From NCBI GenBank assembly GCA_020891255.1, contig BQFW01000005.1, positions 1,116,001 to 1,180,000 on the forward strand: a stretch of DNA of 64,000 nucleotides, in the 5' to 3' direction. The DNA comes from Entomortierella parvispora E1425. Its lineage: Eukaryota > Fungi > Mortierellomycota. The notes below the pieces were generated by a model. It saw only the letters and a list, made by a program, of their open reading frames with translations. It was not told the DNA's origin and searched no databases. Each line of letters starts with the position of its first letter. Position 1 is the stretch's first letter. Below, in pieces: positions 47,100-59,386 of the stretch. The translations under genes and the position numbers were made by a program.

Positions 47100-48698
47100 T
47101 CAGAAGGTCCACGCGTTGTATTGACTTGGGAAAACTCCTTTCCAGTAGCACTTCACTCCATGATCCGTGAAGTAACTTCCAACGGGATCCGACGAATCTG
47201 TGGAAGGTGTGCGCCACAAGTAAACGGTCTTTAACCTTGGCCAGTTCTCTGTCATCCATTGAGCCTCCTCTATTCCCAATCTTCTACCAGTCTGCTCGAT
47301 CATCCTCAGTTCTCGCATATTCTGCAAGCCCCAAAGTCTGTGCAGCCCTTTGTCCAGATGCAAATCTTGGTAGTATAGGTTAAAGCCTGTCAGCGAAAAC
47401 GTTCGTCGCAATTCTAGAACTTCCAGACTACGCAACATCGCCAAGCGATCCAAGAATGCTGTTTGCTGAGACGACGCTTGTTCCTGTGAAGTGAGGTCGC
47501 CCGAATGAATGACAAGAGCTAATCGAAAGTCTTTGAGCCCCAGACAGACCCAAGGTCGAGGGTCCTCCTGAATGCTCTGAAGGGTCAACTCCCTTGCACG
47601 GATCCTTTGAAGTCGGGGAAGTGAGCAGAGCATCTCTTGAACCATAGATCCTTCAAGATTGGAGCATGATGACAGAGACAGACTCTCCAGCGTTGCCCTG
47701 TGCTTCCCTCCATCTGAGTCCAACAATGCCCGAGTGCAAGATGGTCCAAAGGCAGTTTCGCCCATGACCAGATCTTTCAGGGGTCCGACGGCTCCGAGAA
47801 TCTCTGCAAGGACTTCATCGCCCAGGGAATTCATCCTGAGAGAGAGACTTTCCAAGTTTTTCCAATGGCCTGCTTTTAAATCCCGTGCTAGAGGTGGGTT
47901 GAACTTGGCCAAGGAGGAATAGACAAGGCACTTCCACTCAAGCGATCGCAACTCTTGAGAGCAGTCCAGCAGCAATTGGTATTGATCGGGAACGGGCACA
48001 CAATCTATCATGGCCAAATGACGAATCTTGCAACCGGTCAGTCGATGCGGCCACTGAGGCACACGATGAAAATCTGGAATAATCCTTGACCGGGAACTGG
48101 TAAAGGCCACGCTGACCAGTATCAGTGTATCCAATCCCATGAGCATTTGCCTGGAACCGTCGTCCATGTCGTCAAACACCAGATCGACCTTCTTGAGGCA
48201 GAGTCTCGAGAGTGCTCCGCTTTTGCATCCATCCAGGACCTCCCAGTTGGAGTGCTCGTCTAGTGCATCATCTTCGTACCCAATAGTGCTCCTTGTCTCG
48301 AGCATGTTCCTCACCGTCAAGGACTGGAGATGAGAACCATGTAAAAAAAGAAAGCTTCGAGCAAACTTGCGTGGCAAGTCGTTGCAGTTCGACTGCACAA
48401 AGCCAAGGTCTAGCTGCTTTAGGAGGGGGAAATAAAGCTCGAGATAGTGCAGGTCAGACTTTGGGTAGATGCTGTCCACGGCCAAGGTATGGATCAAGTC
48501 GGCCCGTCGCTGCAGAGACTGGAATAGGGCATCGTTGTTCTCAGAGTCGGTGTCTGACTTTTTGAGGTGAATGTGTCGCCAAAGAGTTGCGAGGAATGCA
48601 TTGTGCCAGCTATGCGAGACTTGAATGCAGGCAAAGAGATCTCCCTTGGTGAGCGTAATGTTGGCGACAATCTCTGGAATGTCGATTGGATGAGTCAT
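47100..48698 (-). CDS. F-box / RNI-like LRR protein (532 aa, intronless)
   Basis: MTHPIDIPEIVANI...ACIQVSHSWHNAFLATLW; DPRPWVCLGLKDF; EAQWMTENWPRLK. Confidence 0.88.
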   Translation of the reverse strand: MTHPIDIPEIVANITLTKGDLFACIQVSHSWHNAFLATLWRHIHLKKSDTDSENNDALFQSLQRRADLIHTLAVDSIYPKSDLHYLELYFPLLKQLDLGFVQSNCNDLPRKFARSFLFLHGSHLQSLTVRNMLETRSTIGYEDDALDEHSNWEVLDGCKSGALSRLCLKKVDLVFDDMDDGSRQMLMGLDTLILVSVAFTSSRSRIIPDFHRVPQWPHRLTGCKIRHLAMIDCVPVPDQYQLLLDCSQELRSLEWKCLVYSSLAKFNPPLARDLKAGHWKNLESLSLRMNSLGDEVLAEILGAVGPLKDLVMGETAFGPSCTRALLDSDGGKHRATLESLSLSSCSNLEGSMVQEMLCSLPRLQRIRARELTLQSIQEDPRPWVCLGLKDFRLALVIHSGDLTSQEQASSQQTAFLDRLAMLRSLEVLELRRTFSLTGFNLYYQDLHLDKGLHRLWGLQNMRELRMIEQTGRRLGIEEAQWMTENWPRLKTVYLWRTPSTDSSDPVGSYFTDHGVKCYWKGVFPSQYNAWTF

Positions 48699-49299
48699 GG
48701 ATGCAAAAGAGCAAAGAGAATGGAGAAGGGGATGGATGGATGGATGGAGCTGAACACGACAGAATGGCAGAGTGGGGGGTTGGGAGCACAAGAAAGGAAC
48801 AAAAAAGTCTACAAACGTTCAAAAGAGCACGGATCACGTCGCATGGCCCCTCTGGTTTCTCCGCTCTTTCCTGCTGCGGTCTTTGCACCTTGCATTGGCC
48901 TCTCTTCTCCCGCGCTCAGGCCAGACTCCGAGGAGTCTGACATCCACTGCGCCTCTTCTTCAAAACGTCGCAACGACACCACTCGATCCAAAGAGACAAC
49001 CTCATCAAGAGGCGCCTAACTCACCGCGTATCTGCACCCTGTCGATCCCGTGCCCAAGGGGAGGCTCTGCCCGTTTCTTTTTTTTTTTTTTTTCGTGTTC
49101 ATTTTATTGAGTTTGTCGGCCTCTGATCAACACTACCTTGGGTCGTACATAAGTTGAAATATAGGTCATTGCTACTCGTTGCGCCAGGCAAAGGGCAAGC
49201 TTTGTTTTTTTCGATAAAATCATCATCTGTGGTCAACACAGTGAACAACTGGGTAAATTCGGGGGCAGAGTGAAAGAGACAGTCAGGGCTGCAGTCTCT

Positions 49300-50481
49300 T
49301 TAAACAACATTGTTGTATACCAAGCGGTTAGGAGAGCCATTCAAGCTGCCTCTGATGATGTTGTTGGTGGCAGTCTGGATCAACCTGTTGTACACAGCCT
49401 GGACTGAGGTCATGCTGGAGTCAGAGCTCAACAATAAGGCAACAATACCAACAACGTGAGGAGTGGCCATGGAGGTGCCCGAGATGGTGTTGGTGGCAGT
49501 GGAAGAGCCCTTCCAGGCAGATACAATGTTCACACCAGGGGCAAAGATATCGACGCACTGGCCCCAGGAAGAGAAGTAAGCGATCGAATCATTGATGTCT
49601 GAGGCTCCAACGGTGAACGTTCCCTGAGCACCCGAGGGGGATCCATTGCAGGCATCCGCGTTGGCATCGTTACCGGCTGCGACGATCAAGGGGATTCCGG
49701 CATTGTACAGACGCGCGGCAGCAGAGTCGACAGCTTGCGACTTGCCACCTCCCAAGGACATGTTGACGACCGCCCTGGTACCACGAGCGCGCTGGGCAAC
49801 CCAGTCCATACCGGCAATGATGCCCGAGAAGGCACCCTGACCCTGAGCATTCAAGACCTTGACACCGACCAAGTTGACCTTCTTGGCCACACCAAAGGTG
49901 GCACCTCCGATTGTGCCCGAGACGTGGGAGCCGTGTCCATTCTCGTCCGTGTTGGGCGAGCCAGAGATAAAGTTGGCGCCCATGACAGCGCGGCCTTGGA
50001 ACTCGACGTGAGCAGTGTTGATACCGGTATCAATCACATAGGCGGTAACACCAGCACCGGCTTGGGCCTGGTAGTAGTAAGCAGCATTGACGTTGGACTG
50101 ACGCTGCGAGATGCGGGGCAGACCCCACGAGGGAGGATTATTCTGCTGGGCAGCGTTCAAGGTCACGATCTGATCCTGCTCAACGTACTCGACTTCAGGG
50201 GAGGCCAAGAGATCCTTCAAGGCAGCCTTGCTGACTGTTGCAGAGAAGCCCTGAATGGCGTGGAACTGGCGGTCCATGGTAGGGATACGGCCGCGACCGT
50301 TCTGCTTCTTGGCAATGGCGCTGAACTTGGGGAGGAACTCGTCCAACTTGTGACCTTCCTTGAGGACAACAATGTAAGAGTCGGGGATGGGTTTGCCAGC
50401 GGATCCCTTGATTAAAGGAGCAGCATCAGAGGAGCTGAAGAGGGCGACAACCGCGACAAGGAGGAGACCAGTGTACTTCAT
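49300..50481 (-). CDS. Secreted subtilisin-like serine protease (S8, proteinase K-like) with an I9 propeptide (393 aa)
   Basis: Signal peptide; IPDSYIVVLK and VEYVEQD propeptide motifs; catalytic VIDTG, HGSHVSG and GTSMATPHV; oxyanion AAGN. Confidence 0.97.
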   Translation of the reverse strand: MKYTGLLLVAVVALFSSSDAAPLIKGSAGKPIPDSYIVVLKEGHKLDEFLPKFSAIAKKQNGRGRIPTMDRQFHAIQGFSATVSKAALKDLLASPEVEYVEQDQIVTLNAAQQNNPPSWGLPRISQRQSNVNAAYYYQAQAGAGVTAYVIDTGINTAHVEFQGRAVMGANFISGSPNTDENGHGSHVSGTIGGATFGVAKKVNLVGVKVLNAQGQGAFSGIIAGMDWVAQRARGTRAVVNMSLGGGKSQAVDSAAARLYNAGIPLIVAAGNDANADACNGSPSGAQGTFTVGASDINDSIAYFSSWGQCVDIFAPGVNIVSAWKGSSTATNTISGTSMATPHVVGIVALLLSSDSSMTSVQAVYNRLIQTATNNIIRGSLNGSPNRLVYNNVV

Positions 50482-50610
50482 GCTTGATTTTGTTTTCTCG
50501 AGAAGGTGGATTTGAAGAGTGGAAAGGGCGTTTGTTGGGATGAGTTGCTGAAGAGGAAAGGAGAGGGCTTGAGGGTTGATGAGAATTGGAGAGGGGTGAC
50601 ACTTGTTCTC

Positions 50611-50618
50611 TTTTTATA
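50611..50618 (-). promoter_or_regulatory. Probable TATA box of the protease gene
   Basis: TATAAAAA on the minus strand about 130 bp upstream of the ATG, followed by a CT-rich leader. Confidence 0.5.
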
Positions 50619-53170
50619 CTCGAGAAACGCGTTTATTGAGATGGGTCAAAGGAATGCACTTTTGGGCTGGATGGGGTAGCAATGGGGTATGTTACCGAGG
50701 AAAGAGTATGTACCAAGTAAGAGAAGAGAATTCAATGTACCCACAATTTGATATGTATTGAATGAGGAGGGATTCGCGCCCGGACGCGTCCTTGCTAGCG
50801 CGCAAGAGAGAGAGAGACGAGAGCTACAATGCTCCCTGTTCTGTACTCACTGTTACCTGGATTAAAAGAACTGAAGTGACTATTTGTTTTTCTCTCTCGG
50901 GCACGATACTCGTGTGCGCCGTTCCTAAAAGGGATGACCCTGGCGGCAAGCTGTTCCACCTTCAATTCCTGTCCATGGACAAAGAAGAGGGACCCCCATG
51001 CAGGTACAAAACGCTATGTCAACAGCTGACCCCCCTCCTGTTTCCCATGATCGCGATTTCTCATCTCCTCCATCTCATTGGATGCAGGTACCCCCCTTGC
51101 ATCAGTTCGCGACATTGTCAAACAAACAAAAAGACGGCTGACTTTGCCAACACTTCGGTCAAAACATATCCCATCCTAAAGTGGGTCAGGCTCTCAATCC
51201 GACCTAACGGAATCCGAGATTATCAACCCCTTCATTTTTTTTTGGTTGTTGTGCCCTCTCTTGAACCGATATTCTGTTTGTTTTTCTCGGTCAACGGTTA
51301 TTCCCTGGGATAAGTGATCACCACCGAACCCAAAAATACGAAAAAAAGTAAAATAAACACACTGGCAACCCGAAGCGGCGAAAGGGCGAGGGAGGAATGG
51401 AGGGAGGCAATTGCGGCTTGGGTTGATTTTAACCCCAGGCTCTCTTTCATCTCATATCCAATATCCGGCAAATTTACTCTCCAATTCGGATGGCTGCAGT
51501 TCCTCAATTGGTGCGCATGGACTGGTGTAGGTCTTGAGTGCATTCGTCATCTGGCGCGATAGTAAGGTATCCGTACGGGTGTCACTATAAGTGATCTTCG
51601 CCGAGAGGGCATGTCCTCGTCTACTAACATCGATGGCCGACCCACGCCAACAACCCTGGTAAAATGAGACAAATCGGCAAATCGAATAGTTGAGAGCAGC
51701 TTGGGGCTCGGAAAAGGGTCCAAGCGACATGACGGTGGGGAGCGGCACCCACCACGCATTTACTACAGTACAAACAACTTGGAGTCCAACAGCAAAGACT
51801 CTCCAGCGATGTGTTTAACCCCTTTTCCTGATCACAATCGTGAATAGACCCTTCTTCGCCCCCATTAACATTCAGGATCGTTTTGGGTGGGACTGGGTAA
51901 TGACACACAAGAGGACTGTTTATATAACTGTCAACCGCGTTTCCCACGATCAGATCTTTTCCCAACAGCTGTTTAGCTGTCTGTTTGCTTTCACATCACT
52001 ATTGGTCCATAGGATTGTTTGTTTGCAACCTGTCTATATTCTTTTTTTTTAACACCCAAAGAAAGGCCTAGATACAGCCTCATCTTCCCAGGGATAGGGC
52101 GGTAAAAAAGGCGTCATAAAGAGTCAGAAAAACAGAGATGGGGCGTGCAAAGACCTTTGCGCGCGCCATTGTTTTCCTTTGGGCCTTGTTGCACAAAAGC
52201 AGGTTCAAAAGGTCACACGCCCGTTTGGATGACAGACATCCGCGCGTTTGGTCTGTCGTTCTGATAATCTCTCAAACAACCCTGCATGACACTGGTCCAT
52301 GTCCCTGCAGCATCTAGCCAAACTCTCCAACAAACGCTAGTCCAACGGCATTCTTTGTTGATCACCAAAAATAACGGTGTCGTCTATTGCATCGGTGTTG
52401 CAGCGTTCTTCCCTCTTGTTTCCCAGATTCTATTCAGAAAAAAAAGAGGCGAGCCCACAGGATGCAAGTGCAGTGATGTTGTTAACCCTGTCGAAGAAGT
52501 TCGCCGTATTTGGTCACCATCTGCTATTTTTTTTCCTATGCGGATGCACAATCTTTCTCATATCAAGAATTGCGCGTCGTAGAAGAGCTTAGATGGGTGT
52601 AGGAGTATCAGGGCCTATGATAAACGGGTGTAATGGATGTTTCCTATAGAATACCATTCTCTTGATACTTCACTCGGGCTTGAGTGAAAGGAGAGAGTCC
52701 AAGAGGTGATTAGCATCATGAAGCGGCAAAACTTGGTACGATGGCTTTGATGGTTCTGGACCAAGCCCCTACGTAAATCGCTCTCGCTCCTTTTTCTTGG
52801 ATGAAAACCTCTACTGGATCAGGAAGAATAGCACTTGGGCGTGGACCACAGGGTAAGAGACCAATGGCAAGGAACAGAGTGATGCGTGGCATGGGGAAAA
52901 ACACACCCTTTCTTCACTTTATTGAGTCGTCTTTTTTGAGACCTGTGTGTAACTTTCGAATGATCCAGCTCGCCAATCCCGCCTTCAGTTTGTCCCTAGG
53001 GTCTTGGAGTCAACTTGTTCTCGCTCATCGTTTCTGTGGCTTCGTCCGTAACCAGATAGCAGAAGTCGGACCTCCAGGAGAAGTTAAAAGAATCGACCTT
53101 CAAACTCCGATCAGATCCAGAGTTGCGAGAAGCATTAACCAGATCGAGACCTGGGGCCGACAGCACTCCT

Positions 53171-53699
53171 TTATGGGGCGAATGCAGAAAGGAGGGATTG
53201 GACCTGGGGCATCAGCTTGTTGACAACCACCTGGAGCCCATCGATCTGTCTGCCATTCATTGTATTGACTGCATCCATGGCTGCATCCTGGTTCCCAAAA
53301 GTCACTGTCGCTTGTGCATTGTCGTCGCTGCTGTCGTCTACGATAGCGAAGAGGATGAATGATCGGTTTCTGTGGTCAGAGTTACGATGAATAGCCTCTT
53401 TCATACTATGCGCTACTCTCTTTGCATTCAGGAGAGCAGAGTTCTAGTTCTAATACCTTGGCTCGATGGGGCGATGGAGATGCTAACTATCTCTCCGCAG
53501 GACTCAAACGCTGCTCGGACGGTGGCAACAGTGGTGTGGGAGCTTAAGCCACGGACAGTGACTGACTCCATGCCTTTTTCTCCAGTAGGGGCTACAACAA
53601 GTCGGGGTAAAAAGGCGAGTCGGTCAGTTGCTGGTGACCCTGAGTATTGTGGTTCCGTTAGTGAAGGAACTCACCGCTGTTGAAAAAGCTTACATTCAT
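53171..53699 (-). CDS. Small single-RRM RNA-binding protein (108 aa, 3 exons)
   Basis: Exons 53699-53675, 53591-53457 and 53337-53171; introns gtgagt..tag and gtatta..tag, both phase 1. Product ...SVTVRGLSSHTTVATVRAAFESCGEIVSISI...QATVTFGNQDAAMDAVNTMNGRQIDGLQVVVN shows the RRM beta-alpha-beta-beta-alpha-beta pattern. Confidence 0.72.
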
Positions 53700-56489
53700 G
53701 ATGGGCAGATGGGCGGAGGGGAAAGAGAGGGTGAGGATGAAAGAACAAAAGTCAGCGGGGAAGGGGATATAAAGACAAACGGCTGTGTGGGAACAAACAA
53801 ACAAACAAACAAAAAAAAAAAAAAAAAAGGCGCCACACGCCTACAAGAGAATGGTTTGCATGTTACAAACAACGTCTAAACTATGGGAGACTATGTACAT
53901 GTACATGTACAGTGATGCAGAATGCCATTAATGACCTTTCCAACTCCAAAGGCGTGCTCTTGGATCAACGTCTTGGCGCCATCAGACCGCTGGACCGAGC
54001 GCTGGTCTTCCTTATCCCGTCCGAATCCGCTATTCGCCTTGAGCGAGCAAACTGTGCTGTACCTGCTATCTTTGTCAGGGTGCGTCTGAGAGAGCATTCT
54101 GAGAACAGCTCCGTCAAAGTCGTGTTCTGGAAAATGGATGAGCCCACTGATAGGCCTCTCCGATGATCTCAAGTGGTATTGGCGGAACACGGTCCTCGAT
54201 GGCATCACAAAGTGGTTCCCAAGTCTTATCCACTATCTTTCATGCAGGCCACCAGTGTGTGGTACTGTGCCTCCACTAGAAGTACAAAGTTTGACAGACA
54301 GCCCTAGTACAAGTGTCATATGTTAAACGGGTGGTTGCCTCGATAGGGCCGTCCAGTTGACCGGACCAATTGTGGTAACGTAATGCGTTCACGCCAGCCA
54401 GAGAGACTGTACTTCAGTCATGGAACCTGAAGAACTCTCTGCCCCTAGGTGAAAATCGAAGGAAGTGGGGCAGAAGCTGCGATATCCGGAGGTTGTCAGC
54501 ATGCGGCCATGCTGCATCCCTGCACTGCTGACAAGGTATCTGGTCAAACAGCAGTGTCACTTGGACCGTTCTTCTGCGAAATTGAAAGAGGCAATACGGC
54601 TCGGATGAACCAGGATCAATTCACGGAAGAGGTAGTCCTCGAAGTAATATCGGAATCCTCTAGAGAACAGCATCGTCAAACGTCCGCGTTTTTGGTTGTT
54701 GGCGTGGTTCTAGTATTGATGGAATAGACTGATATTTTGGCAACATGACAGCTGGCAGGTGAAGCTAAGGCGGTTCCTTCTTGTTGTCCTTCAAATGTTT
54801 ACGGCAACCTGTTTTGGTGGTCAGAGGTGTCCGCAAATTGGGCACTTGAAAACGCCATCCACCAGACAATTTTTTTTCGATAAACCAGACTTTTCAGCAA
54901 CCGCCACAGTGAAAGAGTCTGCATGATACTCCAGCTGATGTCTGCACTTCTGTTCCACTGACTACTGACTGGAATGTTCGAGCAGGATAGCATGTGGTAC
55001 AATTTAGGCTGGCTTCAGACCTTCTACTTCGTTCAAAATCGCCCACGACGTGAAGGAAACAGCAGACACTCAGAAAAAATCCGCAGACGGCCTACAGTGG
55101 AATAAAAGAGATAAATGATAGAAAAAGAGATGAGGAACAGCCAGCTGTGGTAGCAATCAGAGGAAGGAGGACAAAAGAAAGGAGCTTACACACAAGGTGA
55201 TGGAATCAGCGAGGTGATGGAACTGATGGCAATGGTGATGGTACTGGTGGCAAGGGCGGTGGAGCTGAGCGGCGAGGTAATGGAAGTAGTCCTGGTCATT
55301 TGTTGCGGTGCTAGGTGCAATAACGTGTAGCAGACGGATGTCTGTATTAGCATGGAACCATGGAGGTGACCGAACTTGAAAAGGTACCTCAGGGGTATAT
55401 ATCCATGGTGGGGGTTCTCTGCTGGCGTATTGCCTTGATTAAAATCAACAGAGTCATCCCAGGGAAGATCGTCGAACTCGGGAACAAAGTCCACTCCTCT
55501 TGGTCGTATCGGGATGATGGGATCAATACGAGGGGATAATTGTCACCCGGGGGCGGCGTCGGGGAGCACCGGGTGGTGGCGGCGTCGGGGAGCGGCGAGG
55601 TGACAGAACTGCGCACGAGGGGCAAGGTGACTAGGGGCCCATGGCTGCTGTCGGGGTGAATGTCGAAGTTTTGAGGGTGCAAACCAAGTCTGGTAGTCCA
55701 AGGTAAGTGGGATGCGATGGCCTGCCGCCTGCTCATTGGCGCACCCTGCACAACTTTACCTCTCCAACTTTTTGGATAACAATATTTCCTCTCACTGATC
55801 TGCCGTTTCCATTTAGAAAACGACCAGCCCTACATGAATCTTGCATACCCCTATTCCTTAACTGTGGGTGTAGCGTGCCGTTGAGCTCGCTGTGCGTGCT
55901 CCTCCTTTTTACTCCACAAGTGGCTCAGACAACCAGACAAGAGCTGGGATAAATATCCAAGCTCTGTCAGAACAAAGAAACCAATTCCTCCACTCACTTC
56001 TATTTTCCCTCTAAGACTGTCCAGGCCCAGGAATACCTGCTCGACGGTTCAGTGGGTCTACTAGCAACGATAAAGACACAACTGGTAGATATTGGGACGC
56101 CGACTCGACCCGGGGTACACATGGCCGGCACACGTGAGATGTGCAGGAGACTCAACCACTGATGCGGTTCTGAATTCACGATGGAGTGCGAAGGACAGTG
56201 AAAATGGTGAGGACACACGGTCAGTCAGTAATCGCTTTTCATCTATATAAAGATATATTATATAACCGGTGCTATTTCATACTTGGGACCTGTAAACGAT
56301 CCAATAGTGTCCACAGGTAATGAAAGGGACATCAAACAGGCTGTTCCTGCTCAATGTTTTTTTTGCATGTAAATAGCGCTATCTTCCTCTTTTTTTTTGG
56401 GCGGGAAGAGAAGCAAACGCGCCTAGTGATCACAAGAGGAAAGAGAAAGACTGAGGCAAAAATGACAATAAAGCACCCCTCTGGTTTGT

Positions 56490-56820
56490 TTTCACATCCC
56501 TGGCTTTGAAGCCATTGTGGTTGAGAGAAACGTGGACATGTTTGTGGTGGGCCTCATCAACACGGACATGGTCTGGTTCGTTGATGCACCATTGACCCTC
56601 ACGGACTTGGTCCGAAATTCCATTGCTAAGAACTGGCCAAAAGGGTATGGCAAGAGAAACAATCGACCATGGAAATAGAATTCAGAATGAAGGCGACCAC
56701 GATGGACCATACCAATTCAAAACCAGTTCAACTAAGGAACACGCAGTTCATACGCGAGTTTTATTGTTTCGACTCTTGGCAGCTCTCCGATCTCAAGATA
56801 CAAACTGTACGCCTCAATTC
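56490..56820 (+). pseudogene. Frameshifted remnant of a conserved uncharacterised gene
   Basis: Pieces DMVWFVDAPLTLTDLVRNSIAKNWPKG, EIEFRMKA and HAVHTRVLLFRLLAALRSQ lie in three frames and together resemble a repeat domain recalled from uncharacterised fungal proteins. Identity not verified. Confidence 0.35.
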
Positions 56821-59386
56821 ACATCAAGGACAGGGTTTTTTAGGCGTGTGGGTCCATCATGGTCATACTGTGGAGTGTGGATCAGCAAGACGAACGAAGA
56901 GGTTGAAGTTTCGATATGTCTTCAAAATAAAAACAACTTTATTGAACAAAATTTGCGTGGTAGAGACGCGGAGAAATGAGAGCCCCTGCATGGACCAAGT
57001 GTGACCATGTCGACTGGTAAATCTACTTCGAGCCTGCTGTTCTGTAGTCGCTTCTCTGCATGGACTTCTCCCATCTCTATTAAAGAGCTGGAAGGCTGAA
57101 AGAGAAAAAAAAATGTAACGGTCAGTGTATGATGTTGACAAAATCCGCACTAGCTCCTTAGATCCGCTATTAACCCTCTCCGATACACCTTACTGATCAC
57201 CATGAGCAGTCGGCCCCTCCCACACAAAAGGTGGGAACAGCTGCGGGCCTTCAGCCGCTTTATATCTTGCCCACAAGATAACCAGGGGAGACCGAGAGAA
57301 GTGGCTACTACTGCCGCGCTCAGAACTGCCTCGAGTCCTGATAAGGAGTTGGACAAGGAGGGATGTAGGACATATGGATATGAACCCACGAGCAAGATGG
57401 TAGTCCGCAGGTACTGACACCGAAGTGGAAGGGGAGGACCATTCCGAGAATGCACAAAAGGGAGAAAAACTTCAAAGGGAGTGCCTGCCGACGATTCGCA
57501 AGAGTCTGGGCGGTCCGGAAAACTTGGAAAAGGGGACCTCTGGCGGGAAGGGTCAACACGGCCAGGGGCAAGTCCACACAATGCCGGGGTAGAGGGGGGA
57601 GAGAAAGCACTTCAAGGAAAGCAATAATAACAAACAAAAACCATAATAAAAACAAAAGAGAGAGGAAGGTACTGAAAACGCACCGCAGTCCATGCCATGG
57701 ACGGACTAGGGGTGGTAAAGGTGAAAAGGACCAAACAGCACTCGGACATCAACCAAAACTCATCCGCAACCAGGTTGGAGAGCCCCGCTCACGTCGCCTC
57801 CAAGCCGTGCCTCTCGATTCAATCACACAAGCACACACTGCCGTACCTTGGCTGACTCTACACATGAGAGCGGTCGAGACTTCAAATGACTCTGGCTTCA
57901 TAACGAAGCATCGGCTGTTTTGTTGGAACCTGTTGACAACCGAGAAAGCAGACAGTTTGGGTCAGTAACGCGTCAAAAAAGCAAAAGTAAACAAACCAGA
58001 AGCGTGCCTTTTTCAGACTTGCCTTGATGTTTTGAGTGCGGAAAGTGTTGTGGACACAGCCAAGAGCGCTGTCAGACGGGCCCCACAGGTTTTCGTTTGA
58101 GGTACTTGCGGCGGGAAGTTGCTACTGAAGGTCTGGGTTGTGGAAGGGTATATAACTGGACTGTGGACGAGTGTATGAGAATCAAGGAAGGCGCAGCCAA
58201 AAAGCTGAACAAGAGAACGTTGCTGGGGAGAGGTGGAGGTGCGCAGGGGTGGAAGGAGTGGAAGGAGAGAAGGGCTGGAGGAGAAGGGCTGGAAGAGAAG
58301 ACTTACCTTGCTGTTCCGGCCAGACTGCAGTGAAGAGAAAGAGTGCTTGGAGGGAGAATGGTGAGGAAGAGAAGAAAGAAGAAGAAAAAAGAAAAGCAAA
58401 AAAAGGCGAGTTTAAATAGCAAAAGCAAAAAAAAAAAAAAAAAAAAAAAACGGCTTGCAGTCTGCCATCACCCATGAAGTTCTGGCCAGTGATTTATGAA
58501 TGGCATGGCTATGAAGCAGTAGAATGAAGCAACGATGTGCATCCGTGTTTTTCAAACAAAAGAAACCAGGATGAACGCTTCTATCCTTGCGTCGTCAGAG
58601 CCAACGATGACCGTGTACCCGCATGTCCCCTTGCATCTGTTTACCCCAGTCTTGCTGGGATCGCTTTCTTTTCATCCAAAACCATCAACCCAACGGCCAG
58701 GATTGCCTTCTCCTGATCTCTTATCTCTTTTCTCGCCGAGAAGACATAGTCAAATATTGGACCCCGGAAGGTGGATGGATGATCGACAGATGAAATAAAG
58801 ACAAGGCAAAATGGAAAGTTCTTACAAGCAGACCAACTCTCTGTGTGGTGAGCGAGCCCAGCGTGCCGGTGGATGTGTGACAACTTGTGCCAAGGATCTT
58901 TACAACATTTCTGCTCCTCACATATGCCCGCTGCGTTGTAGCCACACAGATGGGCCATTGCAAATTGATCAACTCTTGCTACTTCAGAAGGCTGGCGCTG
59001 GTTCGAACCATGACCTCTGTCACTAACGCCGAAGAGTATGTGGCCGCCTGTAACGCAACGGTCATCCTGCCCATAATCAGACAGTTTTTTTCTCAGGAGT
59101 GATACAGGGCAACAGGTATCATCGGAACAATAGCTTCTTCTTTGAATCGTTCAATGGCGTGGGACCCCAGTCTGGCGGCTTCCACATGCATTTGCACAAG
59201 TGACAAGGCCTTGTTACCTCTTGATGAGTTTGATCAGTTTGGTCCGCAGCGGTTTTTGCCCCTCACACCCCGCCAGAACCCACTGCATCTGGCCACAACT
59301 CCAAAAATCGAGCACTGTATGCCAAGAAGACCCCCCCCCCCTGTTTTTTCTAGGTGGGTTGAAGGGACATCGAACGTGGAGTTTAT

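Noticed and set aside
53900-55750. Possible decayed genes (PLEIIGEAYQW, GFRYYFEDYLFRELIL, DFVPEFDDLPWDD)
   Set aside because: The protein-like snippets are too short and broken to assign to a family or define boundaries.
49-58450. Numerous poly(A)/poly(T) tracts as retro-insertion tails
   Set aside because: No TSDs or shared upstream bodies. They sit in intergenic promoter-proximal DNA, as is usual for nucleosome-depleted regions.
58887-59102. 71-aa ORF with a weak signal-peptide-like start
   Set aside because: Short, with no motif or supporting gene structure.
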